From assembly GCA_963844945.1 (NCBI GenBank), contig CAWJQZ010000059.1:377440-441439 (forward strand): a stretch of DNA of 64,000 nt, read 5' to 3'. Made by a program: the position numbers and the translations under genes. Shown in pieces: positions 8,642-19,913 of this stretch (within the stretch, counting starts at the first letter, position 1; every line of letters starts with the position of its first letter). The notes under the pieces are model-generated. The model was not told where the DNA came from and did not search any database. It saw nothing but the letters and a program-made list of their open reading frames with translations. The DNA comes from an uncultured Chloroflexia bacterium (GTDB taxonomy: Bacteria > Chloroflexota > Limnocylindria > Limnocylindrales > CSP1-4).

Positions 8642-8679
8642 TCCGAAGTCAGATGCTCTATCCACTGAGCTACGGGCGC
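8604..8679 (-). tRNA. tRNA-Arg(TCG): tRNA-Arg (anticodon TCG), CCA encoded
   Basis: Reverse complement reads GCGCCCGTAGCTCAGTGGATAGAGCATCTGACTTCGGATCAGACGGTCGGGGGTTCGAATCCCTCCGGGCGCGCCA. It has a 7-bp acceptor stem, a GCTC/GAGC D-stem, anticodon loop CTTCGGA and T-loop GGTTCGAATCC. Confidence 0.9.
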
Positions 8680-8750
8680 GCGGCGCGGAATTGTACATGA
8701 GAGGCGCACCGCGGGCCGAGACCGTGGCAAGCGCCAGACCGCGGATGCGT

Positions 8751-8785
8751 CGACGCCCCGGGCCCCTCTCGGATCCGGGGCGTCG
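8751..8785 (-). terminator. Hairpin downstream of the IPT-domain gene
   Basis: An 11-bp inverted repeat cgacgccccgg / ccggggcgtcg with a 13-nt loop, about 33 nt after the stop at 8818. There is no clear U-tract. Confidence 0.35.
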
Positions 8786-8817
8786 AGGGTGCGTCGTGGC
8801 CCGCGGCGGGCCGTGGA

Positions 8818-9679
8818 TCAGGGCATCACGTAGAAGGTGTTGGCGCTCACGGTGCTGCCGAATGGCGAGGCTCACGCCGATCTTGCCCGTCCTCGCTCCC
8901 ACCGGGACCGTCGCGACGATCCAGGATGGGCCGCGGACGCTGAAGGCGGCCGGGACACCGTTGAACGTGACGCGGTTCGCATAGCCGAAGTTGACGCCGA
9001 GGATCGTGACCGTCGCGCCGACGCGTCCGTTCATCGGGCTGAACGAGTTGACGATCGGCGCCCTCGCCGGGCTCGCCCGGTAGATCCCGAATTGGCCGGT
9101 GAAGACGTTCCCGCCGGAGGGATCGTTCGTCGCGAGGGTGATCTTCGCGATCGGGCTCGCGGAGGTCGAGTAGAAGCCGAAGTACTTCGCGGAGACGACC
9201 CCACGGTTCGGGCTCACCACGACCGGGCCGGACGTGGTCCCGTCCTGGGCCGTCGCGGTGATCGTCCACGTGCCACCGGCATACGTGTCGCTGTACAGGT
9301 AGAAGGCCTTCGTGTCGGCCGGGAGCGTCAGGACCTCAAGGCTCGTGTCGAATCCGGGGATGTCGTAGATGTGCCCGGTGTAGGTGGCCGGCCAGCCCCA
9401 GGTCACCGAGGAGTCGAGGATGAACTGCGGCATGTTGAACCCGAGGACTCCACCGCCCGGAGCCGGCACGGAGCCGATGGTGCTACCGGCGTTGTACCCG
9501 TCCGGCCCGAAGGGGGTCATCGGGTAGCCGCCCAGGGTGGGGGGCGGGTCGCCCGTCCCGGGGCTGCCGTCGAAGAAGATCCCGTTCGACGCGCCGGTCG
9601 GCGCTGGCAGCGCGGCGATGACGAGGGCGAGCGCGGCTGCGCCCACCGTGAGCCGACGGAAACGCGGTCGGATGGACAT
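8818..9679 (-). pseudogene. Secreted protein with C-terminal IPT/TIG domain, one frameshift as assembled
   Basis: ATG 9679 after GAGAGGGG. Signal peptide MSIRPRFRRLTVGAAALALVIAALPAPTGA. IPT-like PIVNSFSPMNGRVGATVTILGVNF...GARTGKIGV. The frame changes near 8870-8880, and the natural end ASPFGSTVSANTFYVMP* is in another frame. The listed ORF otherwise reads through the tRNA. Confidence 0.6.
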
Positions 9680-9781
9680 CGACCCCTCTCCACATCGGGA
9701 CGCGGAGAATGGCGGCTGAGTCTCGATCGTAGGGCGGGGGCGGCCCGGGGTCAACGCCCGTCGCCGATCTGGACCGCGCCG

Positions 9782-9966
9782 TCAGCGAGCGGCTTGCCTG
9801 CTCCTGGTGCACTCCGCGCAGACGGTCCATCCGCGCTGGAACCTCGGCGCGCGGTCGTTCGGGGATAGAGGGCAGCCACGTGCATCCGCCTCCCGCAGTC
9901 GAGGCAGCGCACGAGGGTCGACGGCTGCGGCCAGTGCGTCGCGTGTCGATACGGATGGTGGCTCAT
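9782..9966 (-). pseudogene. Small 4-Cys zinc-ribbon protein, one frameshift as assembled
   Basis: MSHHPYRH...VRCLDCGRRMHVAAL (ORF 9751..9966) continues after a shift near 9865 as SPNDRAPRFQRGWTVCAECTRSRQAAR* (tail of ORF 9782..10651). This gives a CxxC...CxxC arrangement. Confidence 0.4.
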
Positions 9967-10238
9967 CGGCGTCCCGCGTCCCCCTCGCTGCGCGCTCGTA
10001 CCTTCCGCCGGGGTCCGTCTGCGGCGAGTCTAGCCGTGCCGCGTTCGTCGCGCCCGCCGGATGTGTCGGCTGTGTCGCCGGACGCGCCTCCGTCGTCGCG
10101 CGCGCGCCTGTCGGGATCGTCGTCGTCGTCGCGTCGCGCGCACGTTCGAGGCTGGAGCGCCCTCCGTGCGGCAGATCGCGCTCCGCCACTGGGCACCCTG
10201 AGGCCGTGGATGGCTGCCGGCGGTAGGCTGTCGGCACG

Positions 10239-13200
10239 GTGGCGCCGGAAGGCGCCACGGGTGCAGCGGGGGACGCGTCGGGCGTGGGATCGTTCGGGCT
10301 GTGGCGATCGGTGGTCCGTCGCGACCGCGCCGACCGGGCGGTCGCGCTCGCCGCCGCGCTCCTGCTCCTCGCCGCCACGACGCTCGTCGTCTCCGCCGTC
10401 ATGTACGGGGAGACCGTCGCGTCGGGGAGCCTGCGTCGCTCGGTCGCCATCGCGCCGCCCGCGGCGCGCGCGGTCTCGGTCCGCACGACGGTCTCGCCCG
10501 CGGAGGCCGCGTCGGTCGAGGCGACCGTCGCCGGGGAGCTCGCCGCGGCCCTCGGGCCGGCGGGTGGCGAGATCTCGCGCGTCTCCCGCTCCGGGCCGCT
10601 CTCCGTCGTGGGGCAGCAGGCCGGAGGTCCCGACGACCTGACGATCGCCACCGCCTACGACGCGCTCGGGGCGCACGCGACGCTCGTGGACGGGCGATGG
10701 CCGCATGCGGGCGCGGACCCGATCGAGGCCACGTTGTCCGAGGCGGCCGCTCGCGCGCTGGGGCTGGCGGTGGGCGACCGCGTGACGCTCGCGAGCCGGT
10801 CCGACCCGTCCCGGTCGGCGGACGTGCACGTCACGGGCATCTGGCGCCCGGCCGCGGGCGACGCGTTCTGGATGGGCTCGGCGCTGGAGCTCGGGGGCGT
10901 CGTGTCGACGGGTTCCTTCACCACGCGGGGGCCGTTCGTCGTCGACGGGGCGGACCTGGCGCGCCTGCCCGGCCGAACCTCGACCGCGGACGTCGAGTGG
11001 CGTGCGCTGCCGGCGGTCGACGCGCTCGCGACCGGCGACCTCGACCGGATGGCGGACGACCTGGCCGGACTCCGCGAGCGCCTGCGGACCGTCGTGACGC
11101 CGACGCGGGAGGTCGCGGTGACGACCGACCTGCCGGCGCTCCTGCGTTCCGTGAGCCGGTCGGTCGCGGTCAGCCGGTCCGGCATCCTCCTGTTGACGCT
11201 CCAGTTCGGCGTCCTCGCCCTGTACGCCATCCTCCTGGTCGCCGGGATGGTCGTGGACCGGCGCCGCCTGGACATCGCGCTCCTCCGTTCGCGCGGCGCA
11301 TCGTCCGCGCACCTCGCCGGGATGGCGCTGCTCGAGGCGGTCCTGCTGGCGCTCCCGGCCGTCGTCCTCGCGCCCGTCCTGGGGCTCGGCGTGGTGCGGC
11401 TCCTGGGCGCGATCGGCCCGCTCGCCGACGCGGGGATCGTCGCCGACGTGGCGATCACCCCCGCGGCGATCGCGGTCTCCGTGGGGGCGGCCGCCATCGC
11501 GGTCGCCGCGTTCGTGGTGCCGTCGGTGGTCTCCGCGGCGAACCCGGGCGGGGTGCGCGCCTCGTGGGGCCGGCAGATCGGCCGGACCCTCCCGCAGCGG
11601 CTGGGCCTGGACCTGGTCCTCGTCGCGGTGGCGGCCCTGGCGATCTGGCAGCTGAGCCTCTACGGCACTTCGCTCACCCGGGACGCGCGTGGCGCGCTCG
11701 GCGTGGACCCGCTCCTCATCCTCGCCCCCGCGATCGGGCTCGTCGCGGGCGGCGTCCTCGCGATCCGGTTCCTCCCGCGCGTCGCCGAGGTCGGCGAGCG
11801 ACTCATCCGCCGGGGCCGCGGCGTCGTCGCGCCGCTGGGTGCGCGGCAGATCGCGCGCCGCCCGCTCCGCGCGACGCGCTCGACGCTCCTCGTCCTTCTC
11901 GCCGCGGCGCTGTTCGTCGTCGCGGCCTCGTATGCCGCGACGTGGACGCGGTCGCAGGGCGACCAGTCGGCGTACCGGGCGGCGGCCGACGTCCGCGCCG
12001 TCGTCTCGGAGTACGCGGCCACGCCCGCCTGGGCCGTCGGCGCGGCATACCGCGCGCTCCCGGGTGTGACCGCGGCGATGCCGGTGGAGGTGCGGACGCT
12101 CGACGCGGGGAAGTCCGTGCGCGGCGGGACGCTCCTCGCGCTCGACCCGGCCACGGCAGCGGCGATCGTCGCGCTTCCGGGCGGGCCCGCCGGCGATGCG
12201 GTGCGGACCTCGCTCGGCGAGCTGGCATCGGCGCGACGCACGGACGGCGCGGTGCCGATCCCCGGCCGGCCGACCGCGCTGGCACTGACCGTCGATGCGC
12301 ACCTCGACGTCCAGGAGCCGGCGGAGCCCCTCGACCCATCGTGGCCCAACACCCCGCTCGTCGTCACCGCGGCCGCGGTCGTGGCCGACGCGGACGGGAA
12401 CCTCCTCCGGGTGGAGGGCACGGTGCCGGACGCCGACGCCGACGGGCAGCGGGTGGTCCTGCCGCTCGTGGACGCGGTGGACGGTGAGACGGCGGTCCCA
12501 GCGTGGCCGCTGGAGCTCGTCGCGATCGAGCTGAAGGTGAGCTCGCCCTCCGCGGCGACGACCCGAGGGACGGTCGAGGCGACGGGGGTCGAGGCGACGG
12601 AGGCTGCGATCGGCACGGGCGGGGGGGCCGGCACGGGCGGGGGCGACGGCACAGACGCCACCGGGGGCACGGGCACGGGCACCGCCACGGACGTCGCCTG
12701 GATGCCCGTCCCGTTCGACCCGGCCGCGCCCGGCTGGGGCTGGATCCGCGCGGACGTGGACGGCCCGGTCACATACACCCCGCCGGCGTCGGCTCCGGGG
12801 CGCATCGTCCTCGGCGACGGTCCCGGGATGTCGCCGGCGATCGTCGGCGAGATCTTCTCGCCGGACCCGCCGCCGGTCTTCCGGCTCTCCCGGGCTCTCG
12901 CGGAGCCCGTCGCGATCCCGGCGCTCGCCGGCGCGTCGCTCCTCGCCGCGACGGGCGCGCGGGTCGGCGACACGCTCGCCGCGTCCGCCTCCGGCCTGCC
13001 GGTCACGCTCCGGATCGTCGGGAGCGCCGACGCGTTCCCGACCGTGGACCCGTCGGTCCCGTTCGCGGTCCTGGACGAGGCGACGCTCTCGCAGGTCCGC
13101 TTCGCGACGAACGGGACGACCGGGGCGCCGAAGGAGTGGTGGCTCGCGACGGAAGGCGGAGCGGGCGCAACGGTCGCGGCCGCGGTCGCCGCGCCGCCGA

Positions 13201-13694
13201 TCTCGGCGGCCGCGGTGATCGATCGCGAGGCTCTCGCGCGCTCGCTGACGTCGGACCCGATCCCGCTGGGGATCATCGGTGCGTTCGGGCTCGGCTCCAT
13301 CGCTGCCCTCCTCATCGCGGCGATCGGCTTCCTCGTGAGCGCGTCGGTCTCCACGAGCGAGCGGCTGGCCGAGTTCGCCCTCCTCCGCGCGCTGGGGCTC
13401 TCGTCACGCCAGCTCGCCGGCTGGGTCTCGGCCGAGAGCGCCTTCCTCCTCGCGTTCGGGTTCGTCGTCGGCGCCCTCCTCGGAGCCCTCCTCGCCTGGC
13501 TCGTCCTGCCGTTCTCCGCCCTGACGTCGACGGGCGAGCGGGCCGTCCCCACGCCGGCGGTCGTCGTCCCGCCCGAGGCGCTCGCGACCCTCCTCGCGGT
13601 CGCTGCCGCCCTCCTGGCCGTGACCGTCCTCGTCGTCCGTCGCCGCGTCCTCGACGCACCCGTCGCCGGCGTCCTCCGGTCGCGGGACCTCTGA
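10239..13694 (+). CDS. Large FtsX/MacB-type ABC transporter permease (two FtsX modules)
   Basis: Intact 1151-aa ORF. N-terminal TM segment plus a large extracytoplasmic region. FtsX-like TM bundles around [20 protein letters not shown] and a C-terminal repeat [38 protein letters not shown]. Confidence 0.85.
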   Translation: MAPEGATGAAGDASGVGSFGLWRSVVRRDRADRAVALAAALLLLAATTLVVSAVMYGETVASGSLRRSVAIAPPAARAVSVRTTVSPAEAASVEATVAGELAAALGPAGGEISRVSRSGPLSVVGQQAGGPDDLTIATAYDALGAHATLVDGRWPHAGADPIEATLSEAAARALGLAVGDRVTLASRSDPSRSADVHVTGIWRPAAGDAFWMGSALELGGVVSTGSFTTRGPFVVDGADLARLPGRTSTADVEWRALPAVDALATGDLDRMADDLAGLRERLRTVVTPTREVAVTTDLPALLRSVSRSVAVSRSGILLLTLQFGVLALYAILLVAGMVVDRRRLDIALLRSRGASSAHLAGMALLEAVLLALPAVVLAPVLGLGVVRLLGAIGPLADAGIVADVAITPAAIAVSVGAAAIAVAAFVVPSVVSAANPGGVRASWGRQIGRTLPQRLGLDLVLVAVAALAIWQLSLYGTSLTRDARGALGVDPLLILAPAIGLVAGGVLAIRFLPRVAEVGERLIRRGRGVVAPLGARQIARRPLRATRSTLLVLLAAALFVVAASYAATWTRSQGDQSAYRAAADVRAVVSEYAATPAWAVGAAYRALPGVTAAMPVEVRTLDAGKSVRGGTLLALDPATAAAIVALPGGPAGDAVRTSLGELASARRTDGAVPIPGRPTALALTVDAHLDVQEPAEPLDPSWPNTPLVVTAAAVVADADGNLLRVEGTVPDADADGQRVVLPLVDAVDGETAVPAWPLELVAIELKVSSPSAATTRGTVEATGVEATEAAIGTGGGAGTGGGDGTDATGGTGTGTATDVAWMPVPFDPAAPGWGWIRADVDGPVTYTPPASAPGRIVLGDGPGMSPAIVGEIFSPDPPPVFRLSRALAEPVAIPALAGASLLAATGARVGDTLAASASGLPVTLRIVGSADAFPTVDPSVPFAVLDEATLSQVRFATNGTTGAPKEWWLATEGGAGATVAAAVAAPPISAAAVIDREALARSLTSDPIPLGIIGAFGLGSIAALLIAAIGFLVSASVSTSERLAEFALLRALGLSSRQLAGWVSAESAFLLAFGFVVGALLGALLAWLVLPFSALTSTGERAVPTPAVVVPPEALATLLAVAAALLAVTVLVVRRRVLDAPVAGVLRSRDL

Positions 13695-13698
13695 CGCG

Positions 13699-16618
13699 AT
13701 GGCCTGGATCCTCCTCTCCCTGCGTCGCCTTCGGGACGGGATCGCCCCCGCGGTCGGGCTCGCGCTCATCGTCGCGGTCACCGCCGGCGCCTTCGCCGCC
13801 GTCCCGCGACTGCGCGACGCCATCGCGACGGGCCTCCTCCGCACCGAGGTCGAGGCCGCCCGCGGCGACCAGCGCGCGGTGACGCTGGTCCAGCAGGGCC
13901 GGCTCGCGGCGGGGCCATCGACCGACCCGCTCGCGACCGTGGTGAAGACCGGCGCTGACCTCGAGGCGCGGATCCCGCCAGAGGTCGCCCGACTCGCGAC
14001 GGAGCGCGTGGACATCGCGGACAGCCAGCGCTGGACGGTGCTCCGGGACCCGTCGCCCGACATGACCGTCCGCTTCCGGATCCAGGGCGGCGTGGACGAC
14101 CACGTCCGCCTGGTGGAAGGGCGGATGCCGACGGCGACGACCCGGACCGTCGCTCCCCGCGCCGACGCCCCGGGGGCGCTGCCGACCACCGCGTTCGAGG
14201 TCGCGATCTCCACGGCGACGGCCGAGGTCCTCGGGGTGGGCGTGGGCGACACGATCGACCTGGCGCCCGAGCCAGCCGACGTGCGCACGGCGCGTCCCGG
14301 CGTCCGCATCGCGGCCGACGTCGTGGGGCTCGTGGAGGTCACGGACCTCGACGCGCCGTACTGGTCCGCGGACACGACCGTGGACCATCCGTCGCCGCGC
14401 TCGCTGTCGGCCAACGTCGTCTTCCAGGATGCGACCGCGCTCATCGCGCCCGACGCGTACCCGGCGCTGCTGGCGGCGACGGCCGCGGCCGCGGGTGCCG
14501 GCGCCGGCACGGGCGGCGCGGCGGGCACTCCCCCGGGGCCGGGAGGGGCGGAGCGGCGGCACGCAGGCGGGCGCCGGGGTCCCGCTTCCGGTACACGTTC
14601 CGCCTGCCGGCCGACCCCGCCCGGATGGAGGCGTCGCGGCTGGACGCGCTCGTCGCGGACCTCCGTCGCCTCGACACCGTCTACCCGACGACGGACGTCG
14701 TCGCGACGAACGGCGGGACGACGAACCGGAGCGACCTCCTCGGGCTCGTCGACGCGTTCGCCGCGCGCTGGCGGTCGGCTGAGGTCGTCCTGTCGGTCGC
14801 GGTCCTCGGCGCCGCGGTCATCGCCCTGCTCGCGCTCGCGCTCGTCGCGATCCTCGCCGCGCGCCGACGCCGGCCGTCGCTCGACCTCGCGCGCGGCCGC
14901 GGCGCGTCCACGTCCCAGGCGCTCGCGTCGGTCGTCGCGGAGGGCGTGGTCCTCACCGTCCCCGCGGCGATCGTCGGGGCGGCCGTCGCGTTCGCTGCTC
15001 GTACCGGCGGGCACCTCCCGCTGCCCGCGGCGCTCGCGGCGGGGGTCGCGGCCCTCGCGATCGCGCTCCTCGTCGCCGTCCTCGTGCCGGCGCAGGCCGG
15101 GCCGCCGCCCGACCCGACGCGCGAGACGAGCGTGGTGCGCCGGTCCGGGGCGCGCCGCCTCGTCCTCGAGATCGTCATCGTCGTCGTCGCGCTCGCCGGC
15201 GCGTGGGCGCTCCGGTAGCGCGGGGTCGCGGGCACGGGGTCGGCGCCGCTCGGGACGGTCGGGCGGCGGGCGGGCCCGGTGGCGTGGACCCGTTCGTCGC
15301 GCTCGTCCCGGCGCTCGTCGCGGTCGCCGCCGGGATCGTCGTGGTCCGCATCTTCCCGCTGCCCGTCCGTGCGCTCGCGCGCGCCGCCGCGGCGCGCCGC
15401 GGCCTCGTGCCCGCGTACGCGCTCCGGCGCCTGGGCAGCGAGTCGGGGAGCGGGCTCATCCTCGCCGTGCTGATGGCCACCGCCACGATCGCGACGTTCT
15501 GCTCGGTGGTCCTCGTCGACCTGGACCGCGCCGCGGACGCGGCTGCCTGGCAGGACGTGGGGGCGCCGTTCCGCGTCACGGCCGTCGCGAGCGGCGCGAC
15601 CGGGACGAAGGCGGGGATCCCGATCGCGCTGCCGGACGACTTCGACCCGGCCGCGCTGCCCGGCGTCGAGGCCGCCGCGGAGGGCTCGCTCGCGAGCGCG
15701 TCGTTCTTCCCGCGCGGCGCGCGGCTCGACCTCCTCGCGCTCGACGCGGCGGCGTACGCGGCCGTGACGGCAGGGACGCCCGTCGCGATCGCGCGGCTCC
15801 CCGCCGGATTGCTGGCGCGCGCGGCGAAGGGGACGAACGCCGACCCGGTCCCGGCGGTCGTCTCGCGCGGCGCTCGCCGAGGGCCCGGAGGCGCTCGTCC
15901 CCGGGAAGGTGTTCCAGCTCATCGTCGGCGGCGGGCCGCGGACGCTCCGCGTCGTCGCGGTCCGTCGACGACTTCCCGACGCTCCCGGACGGGGACCGGT
16001 TCGCGGTCGTGGACCTCGCCGAGCTGCGCGGCGCGACGTCCCCGGACGCGGCACGCACCACGGTCGCGTTCGTTCGCGCTCCGGACGACGCCGCGTCCGC
16101 CATCCGGTCCGCGGCCGCCGCGGTCTCGCCGGACATCGTGGTCGCGTCACGCGCAGAGGTGGCGGCGGAGACCCGCGCAACCCCGCTGATGGAGGCGGTG
16201 GTCCTGGGGCTGACGCTCGCGGCGCTCGTCGCCGCCCTCTACGCCGCGCTGGCCGTCTCCTGCGCGCTTGCGCTGTCCGCCTCCGCCCGCGCGGTCGAGG
16301 TCGCGCACCTTCGGACGCTTGGGCTCTCCCGCCGGCAGTCCGTCCTGCTCATCGTCGCCGAGCACGGGCCCACGGTGGCTGTAGCCTTCGTGGTGGGCGC
16401 GATGCTCGGGCGTCGGCCTCTTCGCCCTGCTCGGGTCCGCGCTCGGGATGGATGCGATCGTCGGGTCGGCCGTCGCGGTGCCGCTCGCCGTGGAGCCGCT
16501 CCACCTCGCGGGGATCCTCGTCGCCGTCGTGGCGATCGTCGCGATCGGGATGGCGATCGCCGCCGCCATCTCGCGGCGGGCGGTCCCGGCGCTCGCGGTG
16601 CGAAGGAGGATGGGATGA
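13699..16618 (+). pseudogene. Second large FtsX/MacB-type permease, at least 5 frameshifts as assembled
   Basis: Starts [27 protein letters not shown]. Homologous sequence continues through ORFs 14625..15218, 15203..16189, 15909.. and back ([24 protein letters not shown]), ending ...[12 protein letters not shown] with ATGA overlap at 16615. Shifts lie near 14.55, 15.2-15.3, 15.87, 15.96 and 16.41 kb. Confidence 0.75.
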
Positions 16619-17693
16619 CGGACAGGGTCGACGCGCCACGGCCGGCGCATCCGGCACGCACGGCGCGAGCCGGCCTGCCCGGCGCATCCGGCACGGCCGC
16701 CGCTCCGGGGGCCGCCCACCACCACCGCGCGCTCTGGGGCGAGGGCGCCGCGATCGTCTGCGACAACCTCGTCCGCATCTTCAAGGTGGCCGACCTCGAG
16801 GTCGTGGCGCTCCAGGGGCTGGACCTCCTCGTGGACCCCGGCGAGCTGGTCGCGATCGTGGGCGCGTCGGGGAGCGGGAAGTCCACGCTGCTCTCCATCC
16901 TCGGCGGGCTCGACGTCCCGTCGGCCGGCCGTGCCATCGTCGCGAACCACGACCTGGGCCAGCTGACGCGTAGCGGAGCGGACGCGCTACCGGCGCGAGG
17001 TCGTGGGGATCGTCTGGCAGCAGACGGCGCAGAACCTGCTCCCGTACCTGACCGCGGCGGAGAACGTGGAGCTGCCGATGGTCCTGGAGGGGCGCCGCGA
17101 CCGCCGGGCGCGCGCGGCGGAGCTGCTGGACCTCGTGGGCCTCGGCGGACCGCGCCGACCACCGGCCGGAGCGGCTGTCGGGCGGCGAGCAGCAGCGCGT
17201 GGCGATCGCCGTGGCGCTCGCGAACCGATCCGCCGTCGTCCTCGCGGACGAGCCGACCGGCGAGCTGGACAGCGCGACGTCGGCCGAGATCTTCGCGCTC
17301 CTCCGGCGCGTGAACGCGGACCTCGGCACCACGATCGTGGTCGTGACCCACGACGCGGGGATCTCCGAGCAGGTCTCGCGCACGGTCCGGATCCGGGACG
17401 GGCGGACCAGCACGGAGACCGTGCGGCGGACCGAGGTGACCGACGAGGGCGCACACCGGGCGGTGAGCGAGGAGTTCGCGGTGCTCGACCGGGCCGGCCG
17501 CCTGCAGCTGCCGGCGGCCCACATCGAGGCGCTCGAGCTCTCGCGCCGGGTGCGGCTGCGCCTGGAGGAGGACCACGTGGGCATCTGGCCCGACCGGGAG
17601 CGGGCGCGGCAGCGACCCCGGCCGGCCCGGCTGCCCCGTCGGGCGAGGCGGATGACCGGGCCTGACGATCCCGCCGACGGAGGCGACGCGTGA
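16615..17693 (+). pseudogene. ABC transporter ATP-binding protein (MacB/LolD-like), 2 frameshifts as assembled
   Basis: ATG 16615 after AAGGAGGA. Walker [17 protein letters not shown], then in other frames [38 protein letters not shown] and [12 protein letters not shown]. Shifts lie near 16.97 and 17.15 kb. Confidence 0.8.
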
Positions 17694-18535
17694 GCGGGCC
17701 GGTGCGGACATCTCGGGCGGGCTGCGGCCACCGGGCCTCCGCCGACGTGCCGGCGGGCCTGCGCGGGACCGGGTCACCGCGGCACCCGGCGACGACGCCG
17801 GACGGCACAGGCGCCGGCCGCCGGCGAGGCCGGAGCGGCCCCGGGCGGACGCCCTGGGCGGGGGCGCGATGGTCCGGGCCGACCGGTCGTCCGCGAGTAC
17901 CCGTCCGGCGACACGGTGGTCCATGCGCTCCGCGGGATCGACCTGGCCGTCGCGCGCGGCGAGCTCCTCGCGGTGCGCGGGCGGTCCGGCAGCGGCAAGA
18001 CCACGCTCCTCTCGCATCCTCGGCGGCCTCGACCGGCCCACGCCGGCACGCGTGCTGGTGGACGACCGCGAGATCTCGGCGATTACGGAGGACGAGCTCG
18101 TGGACGTGCGGCGGCGGACCGTCGCGTTCGTCTACCAGGCCTTCGGGCTCGTGCCGTTCCTCTCCGCCGCGGAGAACGTCGAGGTGCCGCTGCGGCTCGT
18201 GGCACGCGGATCCCGCGGAGCGCGACGCGCGCGTGGCCGAGCTGCTGGAGCTGGTCGGGCCTGGAGGCCGCGGGCGCGGCACCGGCCGTACGAGCTGTCG
18301 GGCGGCGAGCAGCAGCGCGTCGCCATCGCGCGCGCGCTCGCGAACCGGCCGCGCCTGCTGCTCGCCGACGAGCCCACGGGCCAGCTCGACTCCGACACCG
18401 GGCACCGCGATCATGACGCTGCTCCGGGCGGTCGTCCGCGCCGACGGCGTCACGGCCATCGTCGCCACGCACGACCCCGTGATGCTCGACGTCGCCGACC
18501 GCGTGGTGGAGCTGCGTGACGGACGCCTCGTCTGA
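17690..18535 (+). pseudogene. Second ABC transporter ATP-binding protein, multiple frameshifts as assembled
   Basis: [52 protein letters not shown]...[50 protein letters not shown] and the tail [25 protein letters not shown] are spread over three frames. The start is uncertain: GTG 17690 coupled to the upstream stop, or ATG 17869. Confidence 0.7.
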
Positions 18536-18600
18536 CCCCGTCTCGCCATCGCCGGGGCCAGGGCGAACGTAAGGGCCGCGCTCCGCGGCTTGGCTTGACG

Positions 18601-19770
18601 CTAGTTGTTGCGGTTGCGCTTGGCCTCGATGAGTGCCGCGTCGGCCCGGGCGGTGAGGTCGTCGAGCGACTCGCCCTGGTTGAGCGATGCGAGGCCGGCG
18701 CTGATGCCGACGCCCGTCGCGCTCCGGAGCGACTGGTCGATGACGCCGATGCGGTGCTGGGCCTCCTCCGGGTCGATCGAGGAGATCCCGAGGATGAACT
18801 CGTCGCCCCCGAACCGGACGATCGGGTCATACGACCGGAGGTTGGCGCGCATCGTCGCGACCAGGGTCCGCAGGATCCGGTCGCCGGCGGCATGCCCTTC
18901 CCGATCGTTCACTCCCTTGAGCCCGTCCACGTCGATGAACGCGATGACGAAGTGCCCGTCCCCACGACGCGCGCGGTCGACCTCGTTGCGGAGAGCGAGT
19001 CGACCCATCTCACGCCGATACGCGCCGGTGAGGGCATCCAGGTGCGCGCGCTGGAGCTGCGCCTCGAGACGCGCCTTCTCGAGCTCGGCGTCGTTCGCCT
19101 CCGCCTCGGTCTCGGGGCTCTGGGCTGTCCGGCCGGGCCGCGGCGACTCGCGCTCGACCGCCGCCCGGTCCCGCGCGTTGGCGATCGTGTCTCGCTCGAG
19201 GGCCGCCTTGTCCCTCGCGTTGGCCAGGGATCCGCGCTCGGTGGCGTCTCGCTCCCGGGCCGCGATCGCCTCCGCGCGCGCCTGGAGGTCCCGCTCACGC
19301 GTCTCGGCGATCTCGCCGCGCCTCTGCGCAGCCTTCATGAGCATCTCGGCGATCTCGCTGCGCTCCTGGGCCTGCCGGATCAGCTCGTCGGCGATCTCGC
19401 CGCGCCTCTGCGCAGCCTTCATGAGCATCTCGGCGATCTCGCCTCGCTCGTCGGCGGCCCTGACGAGAGCCTCGTCCTCGTCGCTGTCCCGGGCGGCCGG
19501 CCGCGGCCCATCGGCGTCGCGCGGCTCGAGCGAGCCGCGATCCGGGGCCTCGGGCGTCACCTGCGGCGTCTCCACGGCCTCGGCGGGCGGAACTTCGGGC
19601 GTCACCTGCGGCGTCTCCACGGCCTCGGCGGGCGGAACTTCGGGCGTCACCTGCGGCGTCTCCACGGCCTCGAGAGCCGGGGTGGGTGAAACAGCGGCCG
19701 CGCCGGCATCCTCGCCCTCAGCGCCGGCGGCCTTGCGTCCCTTCTTCTTCCTGACCCTGCGCAGACCCAC
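18601..19770 (-). CDS. Diguanylate cyclase (GGDEF) with repeat-rich and coiled-coil N-terminus
   Basis: Intact 389-aa ORF. C-terminal GGDEF domain LDALTGAYRR...FIDVDGLKGVNDREGHAAGD...VRFGGDEFIL. The N-terminus carries 3x VETPQVTPEVPPAEA and 28-aa coiled-coil repeats. Confidence 0.85.
   Translation of the reverse strand: MGLRRVRKKKGRKAAGAEGEDAGAAAVSPTPALEAVETPQVTPEVPPAEAVETPQVTPEVPPAEAVETPQVTPEAPDRGSLEPRDADGPRPAARDSDEDEALVRAADERGEIAEMLMKAAQRRGEIADELIRQAQERSEIAEMLMKAAQRRGEIAETRERDLQARAEAIAARERDATERGSLANARDKAALERDTIANARDRAAVERESPRPGRTAQSPETEAEANDAELEKARLEAQLQRAHLDALTGAYRREMGRLALRNEVDRARRGDGHFVIAFIDVDGLKGVNDREGHAAGDRILRTLVATMRANLRSYDPIVRFGGDEFILGISSIDPEEAQHRIGVIDQSLRSATGVGISAGLASLNQGESLDDLTARADAALIEAKRNRNN
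19304..19442. repeat. Direct repeat inside the GGDEF gene: identical 55-bp block at an 84-bp period
   Basis: tcggcgatctcgccgcgcctctgcgcagccttcatgagcatctcggcgatctcgc occurs at 19304 and again at 19388. It encodes EIAEMLMKAAQRRGEIA on the minus strand. Confidence 0.8.
19551..19671. repeat. Perfect 45-bp tandem repeat, about 2.7 copies, inside the GGDEF gene
   Basis: The unit gggcgtcacctgcggcgtctccacggcctcggcgggcggaacttc is repeated head to tail from 19551. It encodes VETPQVTPEVPPAEA x3. Confidence 0.85.
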
Positions 19771-19913
19771 GCACCCCTCGCTCGACAGTCCCCCGCTTGG
19801 GTGCTTCGCCGATAGTACCGATCAGGCTGGCTCAGAGTACCCATTATCGCCCCCCGCGGACCCTCCGTGAGCGAATCCGGTGCCCTGGGGCGCCATTTCC
19901 TCGGGGCCCGCGC

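Noticed and set aside
17694-17868. An independent small gene between the two ABC ATPase genes
   Set aside because: All three frames are Arg/Gly/Pro-rich with no convincing start or SD. It is most likely a disordered N-terminal extension or spacer of the second ATPase, obscured by indels.
13699-18535. Programmed ribosomal frameshifting or genuine gene decay as the explanation for the frame changes
   Set aside because: There are far too many shifts per gene (up to about one per 150 bp). They go in both directions, many sit at short G/C runs and none has a slippery heptamer or pseudoknot context. No nonsense codons were seen in conserved segments. Assembly indels are the simpler explanation, although true decay cannot be excluded without reads.
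19551-19671. Perfect 45-bp tandem repeats as a possible CRISPR array
   Set aside because: The units are directly adjacent with no spacers and lie in frame inside the GGDEF gene, encoding VETPQVTPEVPPAEA. No cas genes are nearby.
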